Below, piece after piece: positions 9,930 through 19,085 of a DNA stretch of 64,000 bases. Each line of letters opens with the position of its first letter. Position 1 is the stretch's first letter. Position numbers and translations under genes: made by a program. The stretch is taken from NCBI GenBank assembly GCA_002840365.1, contig PHAO01000001.1, forward strand, positions 303,514 through 367,513, in the 5' to 3' direction. This stretch comes from Candidatus Dojkabacteria bacterium HGW-Dojkabacteria-1 (GTDB lineage Bacteria > Patescibacteriota > Dojkabacteria > SC72). The notes below the pieces were generated by a model, which saw nothing but the letters and a program-made list of their open reading frames with translations, was not told the origin of the DNA and made no database searches.

Positions 9930-9945
9930 TTTGCAAGGGTATTAA

Positions 9946-10971
9946 TTAAAATATCGGTGATATTACACCATTGGCAATTAATGTTCCAAGTAGGTTATAT
10001 ATCGCGAAAAAAATTACTAAGAATCCTGCTGTTTTCAAAAATAGGTCTGAATTTTTTCCTTGAGTAATTCTTTTAGAACTCAAGGTAATTATTAGTAGTA
10101 CAGGTAATGTACCAAGAGCAAATACAAACATTATCATCGCAGAGGTTAAAATATCTCCAGTTAAGACTGCATTAAGTTGCATTGCTTGGGTAAAGCCACA
10201 AGGTAAAAAGAAGGTAACAATACCAAGTAATATGGGAGCAAAGATATTTTTAATATCTGTTTTTTCTAATAGATTTTTAGATATTCCTTTAGGTAAAGTT
10301 AATTCTAATTTCCTAAACCACGGAGTAATATTAAGAAGATTTAGACCTAAAATCAGCATTACAAAGAAAAGAACAATTCCCATAACTATTTCAACAGATT
10401 TAGAAAGTAAGAATAGGGAACCAATGAGACCAAGTACTCCCCCTAATATTAGGAATGCAACTAATCTTGAAATATGAAAAAATATCATAGGTTTAAGACC
10501 TTGCTTCTCTTTTGCATAGACAGAAGACATAGAAAGAACCAAGGATCCTACTACTGCCATACATGAGGAAATGGATGCAAAGATTCCAAGTAGAAAAACG
10601 ATTGGGAATGATAACTCTTGTGCAAAGAGACTCTCTCCAAGAGCAAATTTTTGTAATCCAAGAAATAATAAGATGATTAAAAAGGCTATAAATATTGCTA
10701 TTGGAATATGTTTAGTATCAATACCTTTTTCTTGCACAAACTCGGTTTTAATTTCATAACCATTCTTTTTAATTTCCTTATTTATTTTTTCAATTATTTT
10801 TTCAATTATTTTTTCCTTATCTAAATCTGTTTCTATCTCAAAAGTAAGAATTTGAGTCTTGTTATTAGACTTTACATTTTTTATTCCTTTAATATCCTTA
10901 AATTGAGATTCTATATACATCTCACAGGAAGGGCAGTGCATTCCCTTCACAAAAAATTTCTCCTTATTCAT
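9946..10971 (-). CDS. Heavy-metal-associated (HMA) domain fused to a multipass membrane domain (CcdA/DsbD- or TauE-like permease)
   Basis: N-terminal GMHCPSCEMYIES metal-binding motif, then about 8 TM helices with Cys residues in the membrane segments (SSCMAV, LPCGFT). Confidence 0.55.
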   Translation of the reverse strand: MNKEKFFVKGMHCPSCEMYIESQFKDIKGIKNVKSNNKTQILTFEIETDLDKEKIIEKIIEKINKEIKKNGYEIKTEFVQEKGIDTKHIPIAIFIAFLIILLFLGLQKFALGESLFAQELSFPIVFLLGIFASISSCMAVVGSLVLSMSSVYAKEKQGLKPMIFFHISRLVAFLILGGVLGLIGSLFLLSKSVEIVMGIVLFFVMLILGLNLLNITPWFRKLELTLPKGISKNLLEKTDIKNIFAPILLGIVTFFLPCGFTQAMQLNAVLTGDILTSAMIMFVFALGTLPVLLIITLSSKRITQGKNSDLFLKTAGFLVIFFAIYNLLGTLIANGVISPIF

Positions 10972-13195
10972 ATTGTGTGTTTAAAAGTTTAAGTCTAAGA
11001 GAGTTTGCAACTACAGAAAAACTACTAAAAGCCATAGCTAATCCTGCAAAGATTGGATCTAAAAGTAACCCCCATACTGGATAGAATACTCCTGCTGCAA
11101 TTGGTATACATATTACGTTATAAATGAAAGCCCAGAAAAGATTTTGTTTTATTGTTTTCAATGTAGCTTTCGATACTTTAAATGCTGTAGGTATTCTGTT
11201 TAGATTACCCCCTAACAAAGTTATATCTGAAGTAGACATTGCAATTTCTGTCCCAGTAGCCATCGCTATACTTACATCAGAGGATGCAAGTGCAGGGGCA
11301 TCATTGATTCCATCTCCAACCATAGCTACAAGATTACCCTGCTTTTTATATTTGTTAACATATGATGCTTTTTGTGAGGGTAATACATCTGCATAGTATT
11401 CATCTATGCCAAGATTGTCTGCAATATTCTGTGCAGCATATTTATTATCTCCAGTTATCATAACTGTATGTATTCCTTGATTATGTAAGTTTGTTATTAC
11501 ATGTTTACTTTCAGCTTTTATTTTGTCTGAGATAATGATTATCGCTAACAGTGTCTTTTGATCACTTAACAGAACTACCGTTTTACCCTTGTTTTCATGC
11601 TTTTGAATATCTTTTTCATTAATTTCTATACCAAGACTCTGAATATATTTTGGTTTACCTATATAATATGTTTTTCTATTAATCTTTCCAGAAATTCCCT
11701 TCCCGTCGATATTTAAGAAATTATCAATTTCTATCTCCTTTATTTTCTTCGTTTTAAGGTAGGAAACTACAGAATGTGCAAGAGGATGTTGAGATTGAAG
11801 TTCTAGAGAATATATTATATTTTCCAAATTAGCCTTTTCTTTAATAAAGATTATTTTCTCTACCTTTGGTTTTCCCTCTGTTAATGTCCCTGTTTTATCA
11901 AATATTACTGTATTAATTTTATTAAGCTTTTCTAAGCTTTCTGCATTTTTAACCAATATTCCACTCTGTGCAGCTTTTCCTACTCCTACAATTATTGCTG
12001 TTGGTGTTGCAAGTCCTAGTGCACAAGGACATGCTATAACGAGTACTGCAACAAATGCTGATATACCCATAGAAATGAAGGTTGGGTTACTAAATGTAAA
12101 CCCACTATATATCCAAACAAGAATTGTAATAGTTGCAATGACTAGAATTGTTGGTACGAAGATACTAGAAATTTTATCTACAGTTTTTTGTATTTCTGTT
12201 TTTGAATTTTGGGCATCTTTAACAATTTTAATGATATTGGCTAGAGCGGTTTCTTCTCCTACTTTCTCTGCAGTTATTGTAAAAGTGCTTTGAATATTTA
12301 AAGTTCCTTCATATACTTTGTCTCCTTTAGCTACATCTTGAGGAATTGGTTCTCCAGTAAGCATAGACATGTCTATAACACCATTTCCTTTAAGAATTGT
12401 ACCATCAACAGGTATTTTAGCTCCTGGCTTTATCAATAGAGTATCTCCTTTGTTAATTTCAGAAATTAGAATTTCTATTTGCTCTTTTCCTTTTACTAGG
12501 ATAGCGGTTTTGGCTTGTAATGTAGCTAATTTTTTAATTGCTTCTCCTGTTTTGTATTTTGATTTGTATTCCAAGTATTTACCTAGATATACAAAACCGA
12601 TTACTACGATTACTGCATCAAAAAACGTATTGCTACTAAGATTTATTCCAATATTTAATACTTCATTTATATATACAAAAGTGCTGTATATGTATGCAGT
12701 AAATGTTCCAATACCAATTAAGGTATCCATATTTGCACTCGTACCTTTAAAGAATTTCTGTATACCTCTCCAAAAGGGTCTTCCTGCACTTACAATTATT
12801 ATTGTTGCTAATACAAGAAGTATTCCGTTCATAAGGTTGTATGGAATCATTACTTCTGGTAAACCCATAATGAACATTGAGGATATTTCATATATCATAA
12901 AGAAGAATACAAAAAGAGATATAGGAAGAATGTAAGAGAGTTTTCTAACTTTTTCTTTTAATTGAATTTCCTGTACATTTTCTTTTTCTGTTAATATTTC
13001 ATACCCCATGGGTTTGAGTATTTTGTTTATGCTTTCTATGTTATTTTTTGGATTTTCTGCTTCTATATACCCACTTTCTGATGCAAAATTCACAGAAAAA
13101 TTTTTTATACCTCTTTCCTTCTTAAGAATACTTTCTATGTTAAGTGCACATGTTGCACAACTCATTCCCTTTATTGCAAATTCTATTTTTTCCAT
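10964..13195 (-). CDS. copA: Copper-translocating P1B-type ATPase CopA
   Basis: N-terminal HMA (GMSCATCA), CPC motif (ACPCALG), DKTGTLT phosphorylation site and GDGINDAPAL hinge; 743 aa. Confidence 0.9.
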   Translation of the reverse strand: MEKIEFAIKGMSCATCALNIESILKKERGIKNFSVNFASESGYIEAENPKNNIESINKILKPMGYEILTEKENVQEIQLKEKVRKLSYILPISLFVFFFMIYEISSMFIMGLPEVMIPYNLMNGILLVLATIIIVSAGRPFWRGIQKFFKGTSANMDTLIGIGTFTAYIYSTFVYINEVLNIGINLSSNTFFDAVIVVIGFVYLGKYLEYKSKYKTGEAIKKLATLQAKTAILVKGKEQIEILISEINKGDTLLIKPGAKIPVDGTILKGNGVIDMSMLTGEPIPQDVAKGDKVYEGTLNIQSTFTITAEKVGEETALANIIKIVKDAQNSKTEIQKTVDKISSIFVPTILVIATITILVWIYSGFTFSNPTFISMGISAFVAVLVIACPCALGLATPTAIIVGVGKAAQSGILVKNAESLEKLNKINTVIFDKTGTLTEGKPKVEKIIFIKEKANLENIIYSLELQSQHPLAHSVVSYLKTKKIKEIEIDNFLNIDGKGISGKINRKTYYIGKPKYIQSLGIEINEKDIQKHENKGKTVVLLSDQKTLLAIIIISDKIKAESKHVITNLHNQGIHTVMITGDNKYAAQNIADNLGIDEYYADVLPSQKASYVNKYKKQGNLVAMVGDGINDAPALASSDVSIAMATGTEIAMSTSDITLLGGNLNRIPTAFKVSKATLKTIKQNLFWAFIYNVICIPIAAGVFYPVWGLLLDPIFAGLAMAFSSFSVVANSLRLKLLNTQYE

Positions 13196-13203
13196 TTCTA
13201 GTT

Positions 13204-13605
13204 CTATTCAAATTTAATTGTAAATGTGTACATACCCATACTGCATGTACCAAGTATATTTTCTCCACTGGAAGGAGTACCTAAATCAAATTCTGTGATA
13301 CCTTGTTGAGGTAATATATCAGTAATATTTAATTTCGGAATTCTAAAGGATCTTTCGCATCCATATGAATTTTTTGATTCCATTCTTAATACTGTCTTAG
13401 TATTCGCTTTTGCTACAATATTTTGAGGATAGTATCCTCCTGATGTTGAGACTACATTAATTACTTGTGTATCTCCTTCTTGGGTCACAGAAGGGGTGGT
13501 GTCTCCTTTTACTTCAGGTTGTTGAGTATTTTTTCCACTTGAAAGAGCAAACATAATTAGTAAAGCAGCAACAGTTATTGATACCATTAGAATAATATTT
13601 TTCAT
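13204..13605 (-). CDS. Secreted small protein, first gene of the cop operon (possible metal-binding protein)
   Basis: Signal-peptide-like N-terminus and Cys/Met-containing motifs (YGCERSF, GTCSMGM). Function inferred only from context. Confidence 0.35.
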   Translation of the reverse strand: MKNIILMVSITVAALLIMFALSSGKNTQQPEVKGDTTPSVTQEGDTQVINVVSTSGGYYPQNIVAKANTKTVLRMESKNSYGCERSFRIPKLNITDILPQQGITEFDLGTPSSGENILGTCSMGMYTFTIKFE

Positions 13606-13625
13606 GTTTTGGTATTAAAATTTAT

Positions 13626-13650
13626 TATATACCTAGGGGGTAGGTATATA
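13626..13650. promoter_or_regulatory. Perfect 10-bp inverted repeat TATATACCTA-GGGGG-TAGGTATATA, a candidate CsoR operator overlapping divergent -10 elements
   Basis: The palindrome is read directly. It resembles the G-tract-centred pseudo-palindromes bound by CsoR (B. subtilis copZA operator TACCCTACGGGGGTATGGTA, as recalled), and it sits 20-45 nt upstream of the cop operon start. Confidence 0.5.
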
Positions 13651-13748
13651 ATATGTGAAAGAATATACAGATGTCAACTACCTTCAAATCTGGCTTCAAC
13701 ACTAGATATCTTTACAAGTGCATTGACGAATGATACAGTGGATATCAT

Positions 13749-14654
13749 ATGGCTAATTACAGTATACATATTGAAAACTTTTCTAAAACATTTGAAAATT
13801 TAAAAGCAGTAGACAATTTATCTTTCGATGTTGAGGAAGGAGAAATATTTGCTTTTTTAGGAACGAATGGCTCTGGAAAAACTACCACTATTAGATGTTT
13901 ACTAAAGATTTATCAAGAAGATACAGGTAGGTTATTAATTAACAGTAAAGAGTACAACGATTCTTTAAACAACATTATTGGCTATCTTCCTGAGGAGAGA
14001 GGTTTATACAGAGATACGAAGGTAATAGATATTTTAGTATACACTTCAGAGCTAAGGGGAATACCTCATGATAGAGCTGTTAAGAAGAGTTTAGAATATT
14101 TGGATAGAGTTGGATTGATAGAACATAGGGAAAAAAATATTGCACAACTAAGTTCTGGTATGCAACAAAAAGTACAACTAGGAACAGCCCTTATTCATAA
14201 ACCTGAGATATTAATATTAGATGAGCCATTTAAAGGTTTAGATCCAGTTAATAGACAATTATTTATTGAACTCTTTATTGAGAGAGCAAAAACAGGTGCA
14301 ACAATTCTATACAGTACACATGTTATTGATGAGGCCCAAAAAATGGCTGATAGATTACTTATTATTCATAACGGTAAAAGACTAGAATATGGTTCTACTA
14401 CTCAAGTAAGAAAAAAATATGGAACTAATTCAATATTTTTGTCCTTTGAAGGTAAAAGACCATTAAAGGAAACCGAAATGTACAGAAGTATTATTTCAAA
14501 CAAAACAGCAGAAATAATACCAAAGGAGAACTTTACGTCAAATGATATTTTAGAATCATTGATAAAGGGAGGGACAAAAGTGTTAGATTTGAAAGTTGAT
14601 TATCCAAGTCTTAATGAGATATTTATAAAGTTAACAAAAGATGGCAAAAAGTAA
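13749..14654 (+). CDS. ABC transporter ATP-binding protein
   Basis: Walker A GTNGSGKTT, ABC signature LSSGMQQKV, Walker B ILILDEP. Confidence 0.85.
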   Translation: MANYSIHIENFSKTFENLKAVDNLSFDVEEGEIFAFLGTNGSGKTTTIRCLLKIYQEDTGRLLINSKEYNDSLNNIIGYLPEERGLYRDTKVIDILVYTSELRGIPHDRAVKKSLEYLDRVGLIEHREKNIAQLSSGMQQKVQLGTALIHKPEILILDEPFKGLDPVNRQLFIELFIERAKTGATILYSTHVIDEAQKMADRLLIIHNGKRLEYGSTTQVRKKYGTNSIFLSFEGKRPLKETEMYRSIISNKTAEIIPKENFTSNDILESLIKGGTKVLDLKVDYPSLNEIFIKLTKDGKK

Positions 14655-15882
14655 AAAGTTTTTAACAATTGCAAAATTTGAATTTAAAAATGTTGTTAGA
14701 AAGCCTACATTTTGGTTGGCTACACTGTTTTTGCCAGTACTAATGGGAGTTATTTCTTTTGTATCTGGTTATGCAAGTATAGAGGCCACAAAGAAAATGG
14801 AAAATTTGGATGGTCAATTTACTCAAATATTAGTTTTAGATGAGTATGGTATCTTTTCAAAAGAAATATTTGTAGAACCCCTAAAAGAGGTTAAAGATTA
14901 TATACAAGCCCTTGACGAAGTTAAGGATGATACAAACAAGGCATTTGTATATATTCCAAGTAGCTTTGGAGATGACCTAAAGTATGATTTCATTTATCAA
15001 AAAGATGAATCAATATTATCTGGAGTTACGATGGTTCCTGTTATTAATTCCATAATTAAGCAAAGTATATATTCCAGAATAGAGGATCCATTGGTAGTAT
15101 CATTATTAGCTAAAGAACCTTCAGGGGAAGTAAAGAGCTTCGACAAAGAAGGAGAGATAGCAGTGGAAGGGTTTGGTCAATATATCCTTCCAATAGCATC
15201 TTTAGTAGTATTCTTTTTAGCAGTCTTTATTTCTTCTACCTTTCTTTTAGAGAGTGTTTCTGCAGAAAAGGAAAACAGAATGATTGAAACAATGCTTTCT
15301 ATCGTAGACAAGAAATCATTAATGTTTGGAAAGTTAATTGGTCTTGTAGGTATAGTTTCTTTACAACTTCTTGTTTGGTTATCTTTCGGAATACTTGTGT
15401 ATGTATTAGGACAGCAATATTTTTCGTTGGATTTACCTATTGATATTAGTAATATTGATTACTCAGTATTGCCCGTCAATATATTCTTTACAATATCAGG
15501 ATTCATATTCTTTGCTTCGATAATGGTTGGAGTAGGAGCTATTGGAACAGGAGCTCAAGACAGTAGAAATCTTTCTTCAGTGTTTATTCTTTTGGCAATA
15601 TTCCCTATCTATCTTATGCAAATTCTTGTAATGGAGCCTTCCGGTACTCTTGCAAAGATATTTACATACTTCCCATTTACCTCTCATATGATTCTGTTAG
15701 TAAGAAATTCTCTTGGGGCATTAAGTATTGGTGAATTGATATTAGGTGTTTTTGTAACTACCCTTTATGGAGTTATTGCTCTTTGGTTAGCTCTTAAGAT
15801 GTTTGAATTAGGTTGTTTAATGTACAACAGAAGACCTTCCTTCAGAGAGATTCTTGGCTATTTATCACCTAAAAAGTATTAA
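14641..15882 (+). CDS. ABC-2-type transporter permease
   Basis: 413 aa with an N-terminal TM helix, a large extracytoplasmic loop and 5 C-terminal TM helices. Start overlaps the ATPase stop. Confidence 0.6.
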   Translation: MAKSKKFLTIAKFEFKNVVRKPTFWLATLFLPVLMGVISFVSGYASIEATKKMENLDGQFTQILVLDEYGIFSKEIFVEPLKEVKDYIQALDEVKDDTNKAFVYIPSSFGDDLKYDFIYQKDESILSGVTMVPVINSIIKQSIYSRIEDPLVVSLLAKEPSGEVKSFDKEGEIAVEGFGQYILPIASLVVFFLAVFISSTFLLESVSAEKENRMIETMLSIVDKKSLMFGKLIGLVGIVSLQLLVWLSFGILVYVLGQQYFSLDLPIDISNIDYSVLPVNIFFTISGFIFFASIMVGVGAIGTGAQDSRNLSSVFILLAIFPIYLMQILVMEPSGTLAKIFTYFPFTSHMILLVRNSLGALSIGELILGVFVTTLYGVIALWLALKMFELGCLMYNRRPSFREILGYLSPKKY

Positions 15883-15935
15883 CATTTGAATGTTTTTGGA
15901 ATAAAATAGTGTAGATAACTTAAATATATACAAGT

Positions 15936-16238
15936 ATGTCAAAGAAATTGTATAGATCTGAAACAGATAAGATGATTGGTGGGGTATGTGGTGGATTAGC
16001 TGAATACTTTAATATTGATTCTTCCATCGTTAGATTAATATTTGTTTTTGTTCTCCTTTATGGAGGTTCTGGCCTATTAGCATATCTAATACTTTGGGTA
16101 GTTCTTCCAAGTAGTTCTGCACTCGATCTCTCCTCTGATGAGGTTATAAGTAAAAATACTCAAGAGATTAAAGAGAAGGTTGAAAAGAGTGCAAAGGGTA
16201 TCAAAAGAGAGGTAAAATCTGATACCAGAGAAAAATAA
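15936..16238 (+). CDS. PspC-domain protein
   Basis: MIGGVCGGLAEYFNIDSSIVRLIFV... is the canonical PspC N-terminal domain followed by a TM helix. Confidence 0.7.
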   Translation: MSKKLYRSETDKMIGGVCGGLAEYFNIDSSIVRLIFVFVLLYGGSGLLAYLILWVVLPSSSALDLSSDEVISKNTQEIKEKVEKSAKGIKREVKSDTREK

Positions 16239-16255
16239 CTTTTTAAAGTATTTCT

Positions 16256-17266
16256 ATGGAAAAAGACATAGAGAGATACAGGTCCAAGGATGTTGTATGG
16301 GCTGTATTTTTAATATTTGTAGGAACAATCTTCCTACTTAATACAACAGGAGTTGTAAGTTGGTCAATATGGTCATATATACTTAGATTCTGGCCAGTAT
16401 TTTTAATACTTGGAGGGTTGAAGTTGATAATGGGTAAGTCAGCATTAGCTGAGATACTTCTTTCTGTATTAGCATTAATACTTTTTCTTTTTGTAGGTTT
16501 AGTATCTTACCTTACATATACTCAAAGCAGGATAGATTTCCTACCAGAGTCTGTAAACAGATGTATAACTGGAAGGTGTATGGGTTTTACAGGGGGTAGA
16601 GAAAGCATAGAGAAACAAATGGTTGTTGCCCAAGATGACCATCCTGAAATCCTAGCAAGTAGGGCAGTAAGGCTAAATATCGGAGCTGCTGAATTTGAAT
16701 TAATAGATTCAGATGTATCGAATCACTTAACAGTAAGAGCTTTGTATCCCTCCAGATATATTGCTCCAAAGCTTTCTAGTGAGGTTTCAGGAGACAGATT
16801 AAGAATGGATTTTAGTAGTGCTTCTTTTAGTGGCTTTACATTCTTTTCCAATGATAGATCAGAGTATGATTTAGTATTGGGACAGAAGAACTTGCTTACA
16901 GATTTAGATATTAATTTGGGAGCAGGTAGTGGTACGGTTTACTTTGATGAGGTTATTACAGGAGAAATTCTTTCAAAAGTTGGAGCAGGGAAATTAGTTC
17001 TTAGGCTTGGAGAGAGAAGTATTCCATCAGAAAGAATTGTCATTGATGTAGGTGCAGGAGAAGTAACTTTAGAATTACCAGAGGAGGTTGGATATACATT
17101 AGAATATGATTTGGGAGTAGGAACTATTACTGGTAATGGAAACGATATTGCAACCTTTATTGGCAGTGAAAAAAGATATGAATCCGAAAACTATGACTCA
17201 GCGGAATTGAAAGTAAGGATAATTGCAAAGGTTGGTGTGGGTACTTTAAATATTAATAGTAGGTAA
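16256..17266 (+). CDS. Membrane protein with a DUF4097/LiaG-like putative beta-rich C-terminal domain
   Basis: N-terminal TM helices, then repetitive beta-strand-like segments (LNIGAAEFEL, VGAGEVTLELP), as in DUF4097 proteins that accompany PspC/LiaF. Confidence 0.45.
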   Translation: MEKDIERYRSKDVVWAVFLIFVGTIFLLNTTGVVSWSIWSYILRFWPVFLILGGLKLIMGKSALAEILLSVLALILFLFVGLVSYLTYTQSRIDFLPESVNRCITGRCMGFTGGRESIEKQMVVAQDDHPEILASRAVRLNIGAAEFELIDSDVSNHLTVRALYPSRYIAPKLSSEVSGDRLRMDFSSASFSGFTFFSNDRSEYDLVLGQKNLLTDLDINLGAGSGTVYFDEVITGEILSKVGAGKLVLRLGERSIPSERIVIDVGAGEVTLELPEEVGYTLEYDLGVGTITGNGNDIATFIGSEKRYESENYDSAELKVRIIAKVGVGTLNINSR

Positions 17267-17290
17267 TAATTTAAATTAATATATTTAATT

Positions 17291-17965
17291 ATGAGAAACA
17301 GTTCTAGATTTATTTTAGGGGTAATACTAATAACCTTAGGTATACTCTTTTTAATAGAACAAACAGGTTTTTTCGGAAGATTTAGTATTTCCATTTGGAA
17401 TCTAGTTTGGACTTTCTGGCCTTTAATATTAATATTTCTTGGAACAAGATTACTCATTGAAAGAAATACTAATGGAGGATTAATACTACTTGTATTGGGT
17501 GTTGTGTTTCTTTCAACAAATCTTTTTCAATGGAATTTCTTTGCAGTTCTTTGGCCTGTTGTAATAATTACAATTGGACTTTCAATTCTACTTCGTAGAG
17601 AAGGAGGAAGTTTTAATACAAGTACTACAACAACGAGTGCAGGAAAAATGAACGAGAGTGTAGTGTTTTGGGGAGTAGATAAGATAGTTAATTCTAAGGA
17701 ATTTAAAGGTGGGGAACTTAATGTTGCATTCGGAGGTATAAAGGTAGATTTGAGAGATGCAAAGATATCAAAAGATGGTGCAAAGTTACATGTAAACTGT
17801 GCATTTGGTGGAGTAGAAATACTTGTACCTAAGGATTGTAGAGTAATTACCAATGGAACAGGGATATTAGGTGGATGGGAATCTAAGGTTGAAGAAAGAA
17901 AAATTGATGAACCAGTACTTGAGATTACAGGGGGAGTGGCATTTGGTGGAGTAGAGATTAAGTAA
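17291..17965 (+). CDS. LiaF-like membrane protein (DUF2154-type C-terminal domain)
   Basis: 4 N-terminal TM helices, then [13 protein letters not shown]...[15 protein letters not shown], the repeat pattern of the LiaF C-domain. Confidence 0.5.
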   Translation: MRNSSRFILGVILITLGILFLIEQTGFFGRFSISIWNLVWTFWPLILIFLGTRLLIERNTNGGLILLVLGVVFLSTNLFQWNFFAVLWPVVIITIGLSILLRREGGSFNTSTTTTSAGKMNESVVFWGVDKIVNSKEFKGGELNVAFGGIKVDLRDAKISKDGAKLHVNCAFGGVEILVPKDCRVITNGTGILGGWESKVEERKIDEPVLEITGGVAFGGVEIK

Positions 17966-18563
17966 CTCTCCAATCTATTTCTTTTTTACCTTTACTTTTT
18001 AGGTAGGTATTTGTTGTACTAAAGGGTTTGCTTCCGAAAAAGCCTCTGTTTGCAGAGAATGGTGAGGGGTGAGGGGATGATATTACCAAGTGTTTTCTTA
18101 CGTCTATTAAATCTTTTTTACTTTGTGCATATTTTCCCCAAAGAATAAAGACGATATTTTCCTTCTTCTCAGATATTTCCCTTATTATGGAATCTGTATA
18201 TTCTTCCCATCCAATGTTTCTATGAGAAGCTGGTCTATCCTTTTCAACAGTTAATACACTGTTAAGTAGTAGTACTCCTTGACTAGCCCATGAGGTTAAG
18301 TCTCCATGGTTAGGTGTTTTTATACCAAGATCTGATTCTAATTCTTTGTAGATATTTCTTAATGATGGGGGTAATTTAATTCCTTTGTTTACAGAAAAAG
18401 CTAATCCATTTGCTTCTCCCTCTCCATGGTATGGATCTTGACCTAGAATTACGACCTTGATATTTTCAAAAGGGGTAAGCTCTAAAGCCCTAAAGATTAA
18501 TTCTTTCGATGGGTAGATTGTTTGATCAAAATCCACAGAATCAAGAATCTTCGTTCTAATCAT
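17958..18563 (-). CDS. ung: Uracil-DNA glycosylase, family 1
   Basis: GQDPYH water-activating motif, [11 protein letters not shown], and C-terminal HPSP(F)SA. Confidence 0.85.
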   Translation of the reverse strand: MIRTKILDSVDFDQTIYPSKELIFRALELTPFENIKVVILGQDPYHGEGEANGLAFSVNKGIKLPPSLRNIYKELESDLGIKTPNHGDLTSWASQGVLLLNSVLTVEKDRPASHRNIGWEEYTDSIIREISEKKENIVFILWGKYAQSKKDLIDVRKHLVISSPHPSPFSANRGFFGSKPFSTTNTYLKSKGKKEIDWRVT

Positions 18564-18783
18564 CTTTTTGACCAGGGACTGTTAAGACATATTCTCCGTC
18601 TTCGTTAAGTTCATAATGATTACCATTTTGATCAATGAAATCAGTAACTCCTCTTACGGAAGATAGGTCTGGCTTACCTGTCTCTGGATCAATATCTAAC
18701 CAGTATGTGCTGTTATCTAGCATCTCATCCTTATTAACCTCATCATTAGGACCATTTTGTATATCTTTTTCTTCAAAATCCAT
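18556..18783 (-). CDS. Hypothetical acidic small protein (75 aa)
   Basis: ORF overlapping the ung start; no motif. Confidence 0.3.
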   Translation of the reverse strand: MDFEEKDIQNGPNDEVNKDEMLDNSTYWLDIDPETGKPDLSSVRGVTDFIDQNGNHYELNEDGEYVLTVPGQKDD

Positions 18784-18836
18784 GTAAATATTCTCTAAAA
18801 TTAATTTATATATTCTACAACAAAATATTATCTTTG

Positions 18837-18845
18837 TGATATAAT
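18837..18845 (+). promoter_or_regulatory. Extended -10 promoter TGATATAAT for the valS leader
   Basis: TGnTATAAT read directly, giving a leader of about 233 nt before valS. Confidence 0.4.
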
Positions 18846-18852
18846 CGCATCA

Positions 18853-19085
18853 ACACAAAGACCCAGATATCACTGGAGAGTGGTGGAAAGAAAGCCATAT
18901 GGTGAGTAGACTCCAACGGTATGCTACCGAAAGAAAGCAAGACCATATATAGTGGTCTCAGAGAAGATTGTAGTAATACAATTTTGAAAAAGGGTGGTAA
19001 CACGTATATACGTCCCTTTGTAAGAGCTGATACAATGTATCATATCTTACAAGGGGATTTTTGTTTAATATAAATACAAAGAAAA
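18853..19085 (+). promoter_or_regulatory. T-box-type leader RNA upstream of valS
   Basis: AAAAAGGGTGGTAACACG (18987-19004) matches the T-box core. Antiterminator: AAAGGG [UGGUAAC bulge] ACGU-AUAU-ACGU CCCUUU. Competing terminator: CCCTTTGTAAGA/TCTTACAAGGGG (19014-19056) followed by ATTTTTGTTT. Leader length is typical of T-boxes. Confidence 0.6.
19014..19066 (+). terminator. Intrinsic terminator of the valS T-box leader
   Basis: 12-bp stem (one mismatch) plus a U-run, about 20 nt before the valS ATG. Confidence 0.55.

Noticed and set aside
12369-12935. 188-aa ORF antisense inside copA. Similar antisense or internal ORFs occur at 2469-2985, 10232-10759, 11124-11396, 12075-12293, 17527-17973, 19768-19998, 20174-20593, 21302-21568, 29166-30086, 41545-41924, 42762-43076, 43942-44310, 45695-46093, 49281-49739, 50145-51089, 56249-56680 and 58471-58806.
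   Set aside because: Each lies wholly within, and antisense or out of frame to, a much longer ORF with clear homology motifs. They are low-complexity translations typical of an AT-rich opposite strand.
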